In this document: positions 1 to 13,292 of the stretch, piece after piece
Numbering within the stretch: the stretch's first letter is position 1
Layout of the letters: each line of letters begins with the position of its first letter
NCBI RefSeq assembly: GCF_001194135.2
Contig: NC_069004.1
Span: forward strand, 4,576,463-4,608,863
Length of the DNA stretch: 32,401 nucleotides
Direction of reading: 5' to 3'
Origin: Octopus bimaculoides
Lineage: Eukaryota
Notes under the pieces: model-generated
The model's input: only the letters and a program-made list of their open reading frames with translations
Told to the model about the DNA's origin: nothing
Database searches by the model: none
Translations under genes and position numbers: made by a program

Positions 1-439
1 ATATAAATAAATAGATAGATATGGCTGCTGCCATCATATTTATATATGTACACATTCTACATATACCTGTATCCTTGTCTGCACATGTATGGATATCTGT
101 GTATGGGAGAGTGTGTGTGTGTAACTGTGCGTGTGTGGGTGTGAGTGTGCGTGTGTATAGTCTTGTGTGCATGGGTTGAAAATAAATATGATGAAAGAGA
201 ATAAGAAAGATAAGAAGAAGAGGAAGGAGAAAAAAAAAGAAGCAGAAGAAGAAGAGCAACAACAAGAGGAACAACAACTAAAACAAAACCGAAACAACAA
301 CAACAAAAAAAAACAACAGCTGCAAGGACAAGGAAAGCAATTATGATGATAATGGTGGTAATAAAAAAGATATTGATAAGTATTACGACGAGGATGATTT
401 TAATGATAATAGCAGCAATGATACTAACGCTCTCAATAA

Positions 440-513
440 CAAATAAAACGAACAATAACAACAACAACAACAGCAATAATAATAATAACAATAATGATGA
501 CAATAACAATAAC

Positions 514-547
<34 letters not shown>

Positions 548-690
548 TTATGATGATTATTTTTATTGTCATCGTCAACATAGCATCATCATCATCGTCA
601 GCGTCATCATCATTACTAGTATTATTATTGTTATTTCTGATGTTTGTTATCATTATGGTAATAATTGTGATGATGATTTTAATGGAAATA
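440..690. repeat. (AAC/AAT/ATC)n trinucleotide microsatellite cluster
   Basis: Seen directly. It produces the poly-N and poly-L ORFs in the track. Confidence 0.95.
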
Positions 691-3217
691 AACATATGCN
701 NNNNNNNNNNNNNNNNNNNNNNNNNNNNNNNNNNNNNNNNNNNNNNNNNNNNNNNNNNNNNNNNNNNNNNNNNNNNNNNNNNNNNNNNNNNNNNNNNNNN
801 NNNNNNNNNNNNNNNNNNNNNNNNNNNNNNNNNNNNNNNNNNNNNNNNNNNNNNNNNNNNNNNNNNNNNNNNNNNNNNNNNNNNNNNNNNNNNNNNNNNN
901 NNNNNNNNNNNNNNNNNNNNNNNNNNNNNNNNNNNNNNNNNNNNNNNNNNNNNNNNNNNNNNNNNNNNNNNNNNNNNNNNNNNNNNNNNNNNNNNNNNNN
1001 NNNNNNNNNNNNNNNNNNNNNNNNNNNNNNNNNNNNNNNNNNNNNNNNNNNNNNNNNNNNNNNNNNNNNNNNNNNNNNNNNNNNNNNNNNNNNNNNNNNN
1101 NNNNNNNNNNNNNNNNNNNNNNNNNNNNNNNNNNNNNNNNNNNNNNNNNNNNNNNNNNNNNNNNNNNNNNNNNNNNNNNNNNNNNNNNNNNNNNNNNNNN
1201 NNNNNNNNNNNNNNNNNNNNNNNNNNNNNNNNNNNNNNNNNNNNNNNNNNNNNNNNNNNNNNNNNNNNNNNNNNNNNNNNNNNNNNNNNNNNNNNNNNNN
1301 NNNNNNNNNNNNNNNNNNNNNNNNNNNNNNNNNNNNNNNNNNNNNNNNNNNNNNNNNNNNNNNNNNNNNNNNNNNNNNNNNNNNNNNNNNNNNNNNNNNN
1401 NNNNNNNNNNNNNNNNNNNNNNNNNNNNNNNNNNNNNNNNNNNNNNNNNNNNNNNNNNNNNNNNNNNNNNNNNNNNNNNNNNNNNNNNNNNNNNNNNNNN
1501 NNTATATATATATATATATATGTGTGTGTGTCTGTGTGTGTGTATAAATATATGTATTTATATATCTATATACTTATGTATATATATGTATGTATATATG
1601 TATGTAATAACACACTCGAAACCTAAGCACACATAGACACATATTCAGCTGTTCTTCTTCACGTATATCTCTTTTGCCGAAAGAAATTTAAAGAAGAAAA
1701 GACAAAAAGATAAAACAAACAAAAACAAAAATGAAACACATTTCTCAAGATTACCACAATAACAACATCAAAACAAAAAGAAAAAGAAAGAAAATTGAAG
1801 CAAAACAGCGAATATAATTTTAATATAACAAATATAATAGCGGATAATAAAAAAGAAAATTACACTGCTCCTGCTACCAACACCAACGCCACTGCTTACA
1901 ACAATAACAACAGCAACAAGGATATGAGCCATAACAAAGTAATATATGTCAGAGTTTTATGGTTTTTAAATCGTAAAAGCTTCTCTAAATATATACCGTA
2001 AGCTTTTCCTAAACTTCATTTTTATCGAATAAATGCCTCGCTTACTACCATACGAATATGATTTTATTCAGATAAAAGCAGACAATAAACTATGAAATAA
2101 AATAGAATAAAAATATAAATAGATAATTCAAACACTGAATATGAAAATAAAAGAAATTAAAATATAATAAAATGAAATAAAATAAAATAAAAATTATGGA
2201 AGAAGAGAATAGTTAAAAAAAATTCTTTTCATGGTTAGATAAAAATGTGTAAAAATTAACCAAAAAAAAACACTGATTTATTTTATTTTATATCTATGGT
2301 ATTGAAAATGATTGTTTTGTGATTTTAAATATTTTATATAATTTTTTATATATTTTTATATGATTGTATATATTTTTGTAATAATGCTTAAACCCAATCG
2401 TTCTCTGCCCCACCTCACGTTGCACTTCCTCGATCCGTTCTCCTCTCCCTTTTTTCTTTTTTCTCTCTCTTTTCAACTCACTGGCTATATACATATATAT
2501 GGATATATTCGTTCAATCGTAAGCATATACATATATACATACGTACATTCATACATACATACATATTTATATAAATATGCATATATATACGTGCATATAT
2601 ATTAACATATTTACATATATTTATGTTATATTCATATGTATATACAATTAAACATATATTATAGGGACATATACACCAAAGTGGCCGCATGTACAGACAC
2701 ATGTTGACATGTAAGTATATGTGTGTAGGCGTTTGTATGTGGGGGAAGAGAGAGAAAGAGAGAAAGAAAGAAAACAGTTAAGCAGATAAATAGATAGACA
2801 CACACATATATATATATACATGTACACTCATACAAACACACACACAAACACATACACACATACATATGGATGAATGTACGCTTGTAGGTAAGTATGTAAA
2901 AATACGCTTGTGGTTTGGGGTATTCTAATACAATATGATATTTTTAAAAAAAACCGTTTATTTTTGCAAGGAATTGCTTTAAGTCAATTGATTTTGGAAG
3001 CAGCTGGATCTGTCTAAACAGACTTTCGAGAAATGGTTTAATTGAAGACCCCGAGGTCCTTTTCAGTAACAACCAAGACACACAGACAGGCATACGCAGA
3101 CTATAAACAAAATATAGATGTGTCAACGTACGTTCGCCGTCCGGAGTTATGTTCTGTCTGCTCGAAACTTCCTACCTACCTACATACCTACCTACCTACA
3201 TTCTACCTGCATATTCC

Positions 3218-3218
<1 letters not shown>

Positions 3219-3287
<69 letters not shown>

Positions 3288-3419
3288 TGATAATAATAAT
3301 AATAATAATATGTGTGTGTGTATGCGTATGTTGCATTATTATCATTATTATCATTATTATGTTTTATATATATACATAAATGCATATATATATGTACATT
3401 CATATATATATACATATAC

Positions 3420-3471
<52 letters not shown>

Positions 3472-3490
3472 GTATGTATGTATGTATGTA
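3219..3490. repeat. (AAT)n followed by (TA)n/(TATG)n
   Basis: Seen directly. Confidence 0.95.
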
Positions 3491-4012
3491 TATATATGCA
3501 TGCATGTATATTTGTACTTATGCATGTATGTAAATACACGTATTATGAATGTATCTGTATATATCTACGTATTAATGCAAACAGATCAAACATTAATTTA
3601 CAAAAAGATTATCACTAACGCGTACAGCAGCATAGAACATGAAATTGGAATCAAAGACTCTATCTCCACCGCCAGTAATGACGGCAGCATCATATTATAC
3701 ACGAGACACTCCATAAATTTTAGCATTAATCTCGACAAAGTATATTTAATGCTGACTAAGTAAATCTCCATAGCAACCTTCAACGTAGAGTATCCATGTC
3801 TATTGTATGTCATTTAGTTACAATTAGAAAGTATATTCTACATTCAGTTTTATTTTGACCAAAAAAACGCCATTTCTCTCTCATTATGTAACATATCCGT
3901 AAAAGAATGCTTTGTACTCAACATGTACAGGTTAAATTTAAAATTTAAATTAAAATTTTGATTTTAACTTACACACACACATATACCACGGATTTCTTTC
4001 AGCTTAGCTTAC

Positions 4013-4164
4013 GTCAACCAAATCCACTCACAAGTCTTTGGCCTCCCAAAGCTATAGTAGAAGATCCTTGTCCAAAGTGCCAAGGTGCCAAGCAGTGGAG
4101 GTGAATCCAATATCATGTGGTTAGAAAGCAAGCCTTTTACCACACAGCCACGCCTGCGCCTATA
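4013..4164 (-). mobile_element. SINE family A copy (tRNA-type head)
   Basis: Shares blocks with 12255-12372 and 20379-20486: CTTTG..gct/caatAGTAGAAG, AAGGTG.CA.GCAGTGG, CATGTGGTT.G.AAGCAAGC. It contains a small internal tandem AAAGTGCC/AAGGTGCC. It matches a common octopus SINE as I recall it. Confidence 0.8.
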
Positions 4165-5591
4165 AAGCATAAAAAAAAATTGAGCATAAAAATTATCATA
4201 AAAAGCCACACCAACAAAACTTGAACGTATCAGCCTCTTTTATTATTTTGCTAAATATTGCATTATACAAATGTATTGTGTCCGTTATCTTTTAATTGCT
4301 TTGGCTATTTTTATTGTGAACCATTTTCTATAAACCTTCCCTTGCTTGGCTGAGTTGTTTAAGAAATGAATACATTTAATAACTTACTCCTCTGAGAACC
4401 ATACTCAATGCGGAACACACTTATCTTCTATGTCTACTTCAGAAAACAGAAAAAAATAATTAAAAACGATAAGAAATAAAGCTTAGTTTTAAGAGAAAAA
4501 TTCTCTTGAAAACCCGAAATCCTCACAAAAGGTGAAAAAAACCCAATAAACTGTGTGGACTGAAAATAAAAATAAAGATTTTTATAGTCTTCACTTAATA
4601 TTTTCTTGAACCCTTTCCAGCAAGAAATAGAGAATTTCTTCAGCAAATGGTGTTATGTTTAAGAGACAACGATCGGTACAAAATGAAATTGACGTGTCCT
4701 TTATTTCATGAAACGTGGCTGTACTGTGAACACAGACCGAACAGTGTAATTGAAACACTTCGAAATAATTAAAGAAATCATTAAGAGAAAGTAATCGAAG
4801 AAAAGCTAGACAAAAAGTCGCATCGCCATTACAGCGCTCAACTACAAACAAATTTGTCAACGAATCAGTCGATGGCCCAATTTGGTTAGACATTAGTCGC
4901 CAATCCATTATACAGTCCAAATCTGGCCCTTTCCGCTTTTTTTTTTTTTCATTTAGTCTGCCCAATGAAAGACAATCTTCGGCATCAGCAATTTTATGAG
5001 AGGGTTGAAGAAAAAATTGTCTATGAAGAAATGGGTACGAGCGTACAGCACAATTTTCTCCGACAGGATACCAAGAGATGGCTTCAACTGGGCCGACACG
5101 GCACCGCTTGTAATGGAGATAATATCGAATAGCAGCTGCGCATAAAGAAAGTGTTATTCTAACAACATGTTCGATTTAAATGACCAATGTAGAAGTTATT
5201 CCCATTTTGGCATTACTTTTAGGAATATATATATGTCTATTTCTGTATNNNNNNNNNNNNNNNNNNNNNNNNNNNNNNNNNNNNNNNNNNNNNNNNNNNN
5301 NNNNNNNNNNNNNNNNNNNNNNNNNNNNNNNNNNNNNNNNNNNNNNNNNNNNNNNNNNNNNNNNNNNNNNNNNNNNNNNNNNNNNNNNNNNNNNNNNNNN
5401 NNNNNNNNNNNNNNNNNNNNNNNNNNNNNNNNNNNNNNNNNNNNNNNNNNNNNNNNNNNNNNNNNNNNNNNNNNNNNNNNNNNNNNNNNATATATATATA
5501 TATATACATATATATATATGATATTCGTAGCTGCTTTAACTTGGATGTCCGTTCAAGTGGAGGAGTGTACTACAATTTTTGTTTTTAATTG

Positions 5592-5852
5592 CAAGAGGAC
5601 ATGTCATCTGGCTGGTTAACGATGCACAGCTGCGTTCGATAAAATTGCGAGCAAGGGGAGCGTACTCCTACCAGCATTAACCAACCAGAGGAGATGTCCT
5701 CTTGGGTTTAAAAAAAGTCACAGTAGAGGTCCTGGTTGTGATGCATGTGCCTGGTGTAGTCTTATCAGACGAGTAGTCAGGATGGGTATATTGGGCTTCG
5801 TATAATTGTACGCCAGTGTCAATTTGATGGCATGCGCCGCTCTCTCACTCAA

Positions 5853-5896
<44 letters not shown>

Positions 5897-5912
5897 ATAA
5901 TAATAATAATAT
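5592..5912 (+). mobile_element. Interspersed repeat / retroposon 3' end with long 5' hairpin and (TAC)n(AAT)n tail
   Basis: A GC-richer block ends ...TTTGATGGCATGCGCCGCTCTCTCACTCAA and is followed directly by a trinucleotide tail (5853-5912), typical of non-LTR 3' ends. A 25/28-bp stem lies at 5592-5704. Confidence 0.5.
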
Positions 5913-5959
5913 TTTGTTACCTTATTATTTACAGAATTGTAACTCGGCACCGCTCATCA

Positions 5960-6005
<46 letters not shown>

Positions 6006-6756
6006 TAGATATATATGCGTATGAAAGGTTTGTTGTCCATATGCATATTAATATATTACTGCAAAGACCACGAAGAGTCTATATATTTCTAAACGTCCTA
6101 TATATTCTCGACCATACACAATTCTTTATAAATCCGAATATATATATGCACATATATTTGCATTCATAACCATGTACACACCGGTATGAAGATATTTGCT
6201 TTCGCAAGTGTATAATCTGAGGCACCATCGATATGTTATTTATAAACTTCGAATACATAACACAACATAGTTATTATAATAGGTAATATATATGCATATA
6301 TAATCATACATAGGCAGAGATACATAGAGAGAGAGAGACATAGACAGACAAATAGCGAGAGAGAGAGAGAGTGTGTGTGTGGAGGATAGGGAGCCAGCAA
6401 ATCGGTTGCTAATAAGCACAAAACTGCATATTATTTCACGTATACATAGATGTAACGTTAGAATATATATTTACATATTTGAGTCTCTATATGGATATAG
6501 GTATGTACGGACAGAAATATGAATGTGTGTGTGTATCTGTCTGTCTGTGTCTATCTCAACGGCGAAATTTGCTGAGTCGCTAGGAATTAATATGATTTAG
6601 GTATTTTCTTGCAGCTTTCTGCGCTCTGATAGTTCAAAACTTTGTACCTTCATACCGGCTCAATTCATAAAATATGATTCGTTTCTAGTTCGGCAAAAAT
6701 GAAACTGTTAGTGTGCCAGCATAGACAGTGTGACCTGGCAGTATTAGATCATTGAA

Positions 6757-6940
6757 AGGCTGTGAGCAGGCAAAATCGGTATCATGCCGGACAAAATGCA
6801 TTGCGTTATTTTGTCCGTCTTTACGTTCTGAGTACAAATTCCGCTGAGATCAACTTTGCATTTCATCCTTTCGGTAGTAATAAAACGAATATGCGTTGAG
6901 TACTCCGCTCCCTCTGTTGGCCTTGTGCAAAAATTTGGGA
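6757..6940 (+). mobile_element. SINE family B copy
   Basis: TCTTTACGTTCTGAGTACAAATTCCGCTGAGATCAACTTTGCATTTCATCCTTTCGG and GGCCTTGTGC match the reverse complements of 28047-28176 and 16934-16960. Confidence 0.8.
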
Positions 6941-7388
6941 TTAGATTAATATAGATTAATAATGAAAACGCTGCAAATGCTGGTTTGCTCTTTACTAATC
7001 AATACATTATCAATGCAAATGAATTCGCTATGTAAAATAAAATAAAATGAAATATATTAAAATGTTGCCGAAGTGTTCGATATTTGGTTATATACCTCTG
7101 CGTCTTGTTATATTCACTTATATTCTTCAAATCTTTCGTTTATGAATATCTCTGAAAAAACGAGCAAGGTTTCTGTAAAATAAACGTAAGCAAATGTTCG
7201 TCTGTTGAAAATAGGTCCAGAATCTCACTTGCTTCAGACCAATGCAAGACGGGTCGAAACAATCGTAGTGATTAATAAAGTGTCTTGTGAAATCCCCTGT
7301 CTCTTTCTGCTTTGTATATGTATATATATATATAAATATGTGTGTGTGTATGTATTTACATACATATATATATATATGTATGTATATA

Positions 7389-7421
<33 letters not shown>

Positions 7422-7824
7422 GTATATATATATATGACTGCATGTATGTGTATATGTAGATATGTAGTTTCCCCACGAGAGAGGAAAGTTACGCGGCTCA
7501 ATACAAGCGTCGAGTATTCTGTAATATATTGTAACAAAGAGGCCCGTTTTTCCAATCACCTCAGTTTCCGTTCATTACTACTGAGTGTTCCGAGCCTGCG
7601 TTCCCTTTGAACTATCCGTAGTTTCAATATATTTTAGAAATATTATTTGAAATGTTATTTGAAAGTTATCTTCATGTCAATATTAGCAAAATCCTGACAG
7701 TGACGTTTGCAAACGTGATTGGTCGAAATGTACGTGTCTGATTTCATTTCCGGCTCATACGAGAATATTCCAATAGTGTTAAACTTCATACGAGCGGAGC
7801 GAAGTCATTTTAATAACTTTCTTC

Positions 7825-7827
<3 letters not shown>

Positions 7828-7894
<67 letters not shown>
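7828..7894. repeat. (CA)n running into a gap
   Basis: Seen directly. Confidence 0.97.
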
Positions 7895-8487
7895 NNNNNN
7901 NNNNNNNNNNNNNNNNNNNNNNNNNNNNNNNNNNNNNNNNNNNNNNNNNNNNNNNNNNNNNNNNNNNNNNNNNNNNNNNNNNNNNNNNNNNNNNNNNNNN
8001 NNNNNNNNNNNNNNNNNNNNNNNNNNNNNNNNNNNNNNNNNNNNNNNNNNNNNNNNNNNNNNNNNNNNNNNNNNNNNNNNNNNNNNNNNNNNNNNNNNNN
8101 NNNNNNNNNNNNNNNNNNNNNNNNNNNNNNNNNNNNNNNNNNNNNNNNNNNNNNNNNNNNNNNNNNAAATTCAAAGTGAAAACAAATTGGAATGTTACAA
8201 AACTCATATAGTTGTGCGGTTCACTATTAGTACGTAGGAAAACCTGAAAATATTGAATTGAAAGTTTCTTGAACTTCGAATTTATTCTCTTTGAGCAGGA
8301 ATATGGTACAGCAAGCTACATGCCAGAATTGTGATTCAATTTAGGGAAATGTATTATTGAATGTAACTGAAGGATACAATATCAATACGTTCTTAAAATA
8401 TACGCTTCTAGAAACACGGTGTATGAATATTCGAGTTTGTGTATATGCACCAACACACACGCACGCACACATGCACACACACACACA

Positions 8488-8527
<40 letters not shown>

Positions 8528-9967
8528 ATATACGAACAAATAAAAGTATACACAAAAAAGCAAAACACACACACACACATATATATAAGTGCGTGTGTAT
8601 GTGTTTGTGTTTAGGCATTATTCCCTGGATGTTTTTTGTTCAGTAGCTGCAGTTACGCTTATAATCATACACAGATATATAAGTTGATGGGCATATACAT
8701 ATATATACATATATATACATATATATACATACAAACATACATACATACATACAGACATACAGACATACAGACATATATACATATATATAGACATGAATAT
8801 TTATATATATACGTATGCATGTATATATGTATATACCTACTTACATACATGTATATACAAATATCTATATATATATGTATATATGTATACACACACNNNN
8901 NNNNNNNNNNNNNNNNNNNNNNNNNNNNNNNNNNNNNNNNNNNNNNNNNNNNNNNNNNNNNNNNNNNNNNNNNNNNNNNNNNNNNNNNNNNNNNNNNNNN
9001 NNNNNNNNNNNNNNNNNNNNNNNNNNNNNNNNNNNNNNNNNNNNNNNNNNNNNNNNNNNNNNNNNNNNNNNNNNNNNNNNNNNNNNNNNNNNNNNNNNNN
9101 NNNNNNNNNNNNNNNNNNNNNNNNNNNNNNNNNNNNNNNNNNNNNNNNNNNNNNNNNNACAGAATTACTCTTCTTTTATACTGAAACACACACTCAAACA
9201 GTAATTAAAACTCACTGAAATGTAACAGTGTTAGAGATGCACGTTGAAGAGCAGAGATGAAGAAGTTGGACGGAGGTGGCGGTATATTGAACTGATGCTG
9301 AATAGCGAAGGAGAAAGAACAAGCGGAAGTAGTTGATGGATCTTAAAAGACGATATGGATTATAAAAGTAAGAGAACTATAGAGATGATAAATAGGATGA
9401 TGCAGATCAATAAGTAAAGAGCTTCTTTATCTGATGAAAAATATATATCCAGCAAAAATGTTGAATAAAAATGTGATGAAAATTTATCAATATATATANN
9501 NNNNNNNNNNNNNNNNNNNNNNNNNNNNNNNNNNNNNNNNNNNNNNNNNNNNNNNNNNNNNNNNNNNNNNNNNNNNNNNNNNNNNNNNNNNNNNNNNNNN
9601 NNNNNNNNNNNNNNNNNNNNNNNNNNNNNNNNNNNNNNNNNNNNNNNNNNNNNNNNNNNNNNNNNNNNNNNNNNNNNNNNNNNNNNNNNNNNNNNNNNNN
9701 NNNNNNNNNNNNNNNNNNNNNNNNNNNNNNNNNNNNNNNNNNNNNNNNNNNNNNNNNNNNNNNNNNNNNNNNNNNNNNNNNNNNNNNNNNNNNNNNNNNN
9801 NNNNNNNNNNNNNNNNNNNNNNNNNNNNNNNNNNNNNNNNNNNNNNNNNNNNNNNNNNNNNNNNNNNNNNNNNNNNNNNNNNNNNNNNNNNNNNNNNNNN
9901 NNNNNNNNNNNNNNNNNNNNNNNNNNNNNNNNNNNNNNNNNNNNNNNNNNNNNNNNNNNNNNNNNNN

Positions 9968-10021
<54 letters not shown>

Positions 10022-10919
10022 GATAATTATTACGAAATAAATTCCTCGGGGGCCCTAGTAAGAACGATAAACACCAGTAAGTTCTGATCTAGGATTAGAA
10101 CTCACAAAATACAAATTCAATATTAAAAAATATTAAAAAAATACAATATCACGACGTGTTATATTCAAAGCCATCTACTAATTCTAATAACCACCTCACC
10201 CATGGCAGTAAGTAAATACAATAGTAACTTAGTATATACGACTGTTAAAAGATCTAAGGTTATATATATTTAACTATGATCCTATATAATTAATAAGCTA
10301 ACTTTCGAATATTTATTTAACGAGTTATCTACCCTTTAATTTCAGCAATTTTTTCCCCACTTTCATCTTTTAGACCTTTCAATAAATGATTTTCTGATCT
10401 GATTTTGTTTGTGTATTCTTGATATTTGATTTCGCATTTTTTTTTCCCCAGATCAATCTATATCTAACATCCCGATATTCCTTTTTACATATATATGTCG
10501 CTATTTATTAGTCCTCTATCCCCAGCTTTGTGTTTCTTTCATTCACTCTGTCATACACACACACTAAAAATGTGTGCGTGCGGGCGTGTATACTCGTATA
10601 ATTGTGCATACATATATATATATATATATGCATGTGTATATGTGTGTATGTATATAAGTATGTATGTGTATGTATGTGTATATATGTACACACACGCCAC
10701 ACATACACATACACACCTATATGTTGTTAGGTATATATGTATGTATATTCACGTATATATTTGTTCCAATTTCTCTCCTTGTGATCTTAAGTTACCGTTT
10801 CATTCCTTCGGGCTTTTTAACTAGAAAATGTTTGATTTATAGTGTCCTATGGTTTCTTCATAGATGTCGCTTTTTTCATGTCTGTTTGACAGCATATATC
10901 TTACCTTCTCTCCTTCTGA

Positions 10920-10964
<45 letters not shown>

Positions 10965-11299
10965 ACTCTTTCTCACTCTTCAGCTCTTATTAACATATCT
11001 CTGTTGCGTATTCCGTTTTCCACTTCCCCCACACTTGCTCGCATTATTAATGTCAGAATATCTCTAATTCTTTTTTGAAAGGTATAATTTCCTATTTGAG
11101 TCACTCTAGAACTCTGATTTTGGTTGGGTCTTTGATTGGAGGTTAATTGGATACAATAATGGCGTGTTGGTCATGTTGTTCACACTACGCATTATTATAA
11201 TATAACGTAACATTATTCGTGTGTGTATGCATGTGAGTCTGTGTGTCTGTGTGTATGTGCCCGCGTGTATGTGTGTGTAATTTCCGTTTGTGTGTGAGC

Positions 11300-11348
<49 letters not shown>

Positions 11349-11923
11349 TGTGTGGTGAATCACAATGAAACATGGCTGTTTGTTGTTCATAAACTGTTCA
11401 GTTACGTCATCATGGAAGTGTTTCATTTACAATCAAAATTGTATCGATCATAGAAGGCGGAAATTTAAGAAGATTGCATTGTGAAATCTTCAGAGATTAT
11501 GTAANNNNNNNNNNNNNNNNNNNNNNNNNNNNNNNNNNNNNNNNNNNNNNNNNNNNNNNNNNNNNNNNNNNNNNNNNNNNNNNNNNNNNNNNNNNNNNNN
11601 NNNNNNNNNNNNNNNNNNNNNNNNNNNNNNNNNNNNNNNNNNNNNNNNNNNNNNNNNNNNNNNNNNNNNNNNNNNNNNNNNNNNNNNNNNNNNNNNNNNN
11701 NNNNNNNNNNNNNNNNNNNNNNNNNNNNNNNNNNNNNNNNNNNNNNNNNNNNNNNNNNNNNNNNNNNNNNNNNNNNNNNNNNNNNNNNNNNNNNNNNNNN
11801 NNNNNNNNNNNNNNNNNNNNNNNNNNNNNNNNNNNNNNNATATATATATATATACACACACAGACACAGCACACACACAGACACAGCACACACACAGACA
11901 CAGCACACACACATATATGAATA

Positions 11924-11998
11924 TACGAGGGATTACTGAAAAGTTCCAGGCTTTAAAGCAACTGCGAAAGGACAGGTAGGAGACCCAACATTCTGAGT
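11924..11998 (+). mobile_element. Mariner-like MITE left-end fragment
   Basis: TA|CGAGGGATTACTGAAAAGTTCCAGGCTTT resembles mariner TIRs of the TACGAGGG...AAAAGTT type with a TA target site. No partner TIR is seen, so it is truncated. Confidence 0.55.
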
Positions 11999-12060
11999 GG
12001 TGGTGTTGGTGGTGGTAGTAGTAGTAGTAGTGGTAGTATATATATATATATATATATACT

Positions 12061-12210
12061 CTTTCGCCCCAACTTTCTCTCACTCTTTCTTCCTGTTTCT
12101 TGAGTAACGCTGCGATGGACTGGCGTCGCGTCCAGCTGGGGTGAACACATACGCCATAGCAACCGGGAAACCGGGCCCATGAACCTGGCTAAGCTTTGTA
12201 AGGGCGACGT
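12061..12210 (+). mobile_element. SINE fragment with a conserved-central-domain-like core (CTGCGATGGACTGGCGTC.CGTCCAG)
   Basis: GC-rich block containing GCTGCGATGGACTGGCGTCGCGTCCAG (stem TGGAC/GTCCA), a motif resembling V/Meta-type SINE central domains. It ends in a (TA)n tail. The domain assignment is from memory. Confidence 0.55.
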
Positions 12211-12254
12211 TTATCGTTTATATATATATAGATACATGCATACATACATACATA

Positions 12255-12372
12255 CGACAGGCTTCTTTCAGTTTCCGTCTAACAAACCTTCTCACAAAGC
12301 TTTGATCAGCTCGAGGCAATAGTAGAAGGCAATTACCTAAGGTGGCAAGCAGTGGAACTGAACCCGGAACCA
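12255..12372 (-). mobile_element. SINE family A copy (partial)
   Basis: Sequence GCTTCTTTCAGTTTCCGTCTA...CTCACAAAGCTTTGATCAGCTCGAGGCAATAGTAGAAG...GCAGTGGAACTGAACCCGGAACCA aligns with 4013-4164 and 20379-20486. Confidence 0.8.
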
Positions 12373-12971
12373 ATTTATTTTCGTACATCTTCGGATCACC
12401 CTCTACGACCTGTCCTTCCTCTTTTTATAGACAATACAGTGTAATCTAAGCAAGAGTTGGTTTCTGTCTCTGTCAGGTCCTTTGGCTAGTTAGTTTTAAT
12501 GTGTGTTGTTTCCCGTTCGCTTGCGTGTCTTTGCAAATGTTGTTGTTCGGGGGCGAATGATAATACGCCTTTTTCCAGATAGAACATGCGTAGATGGCGT
12601 TTCTGGTATCTAATTTGATATATATATTCATTCTACAATGTCGTGTTGTCCATCTATCTATTACCACGTTATTTGTTGTAATGCAACGGAACGAAATACA
12701 TGCGAGTATATTTTGTTACTGCCATTTCAATATCTGAGAATGGCTGAGTTTCAATAATATGCTTATGCATGTTTATCTGCACACACACATGCACACATGC
12801 ACACATGCAAACATCCACATACAGACACATGTATATTATATTATGTTTTATATTATATATAATAAATACCTCAATCAATAAGCACGTGTGCGTGTGTGTA
12901 TTTGGGTATATGTATATACCTACGAATGTATATACGTATGCATGCACAGAAGCCAAAACAATATAAATAAA

Positions 12972-13150
<179 letters not shown>

Positions 13151-13292
13151 AATAGCATGCGTGTGCTTCTGTGTTTATATATGCGTGTGTACGTATGTGC
13201 GTGCGTGCGTGATAAGGCGAATCAGTATTAGTCAAATCATCAGATACGATGTCTTGCAATATTAACTCCGATTCTATGTGTTGTAATCTCAC

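Noticed and set aside
4877-4966. Three CCAAT words near a GC-richer patch (possible promoter)
   Set aside because: The nearby minus-strand ATGGCG hits a stop after 7 codons, and CCAAT is common in AT-rich DNA.
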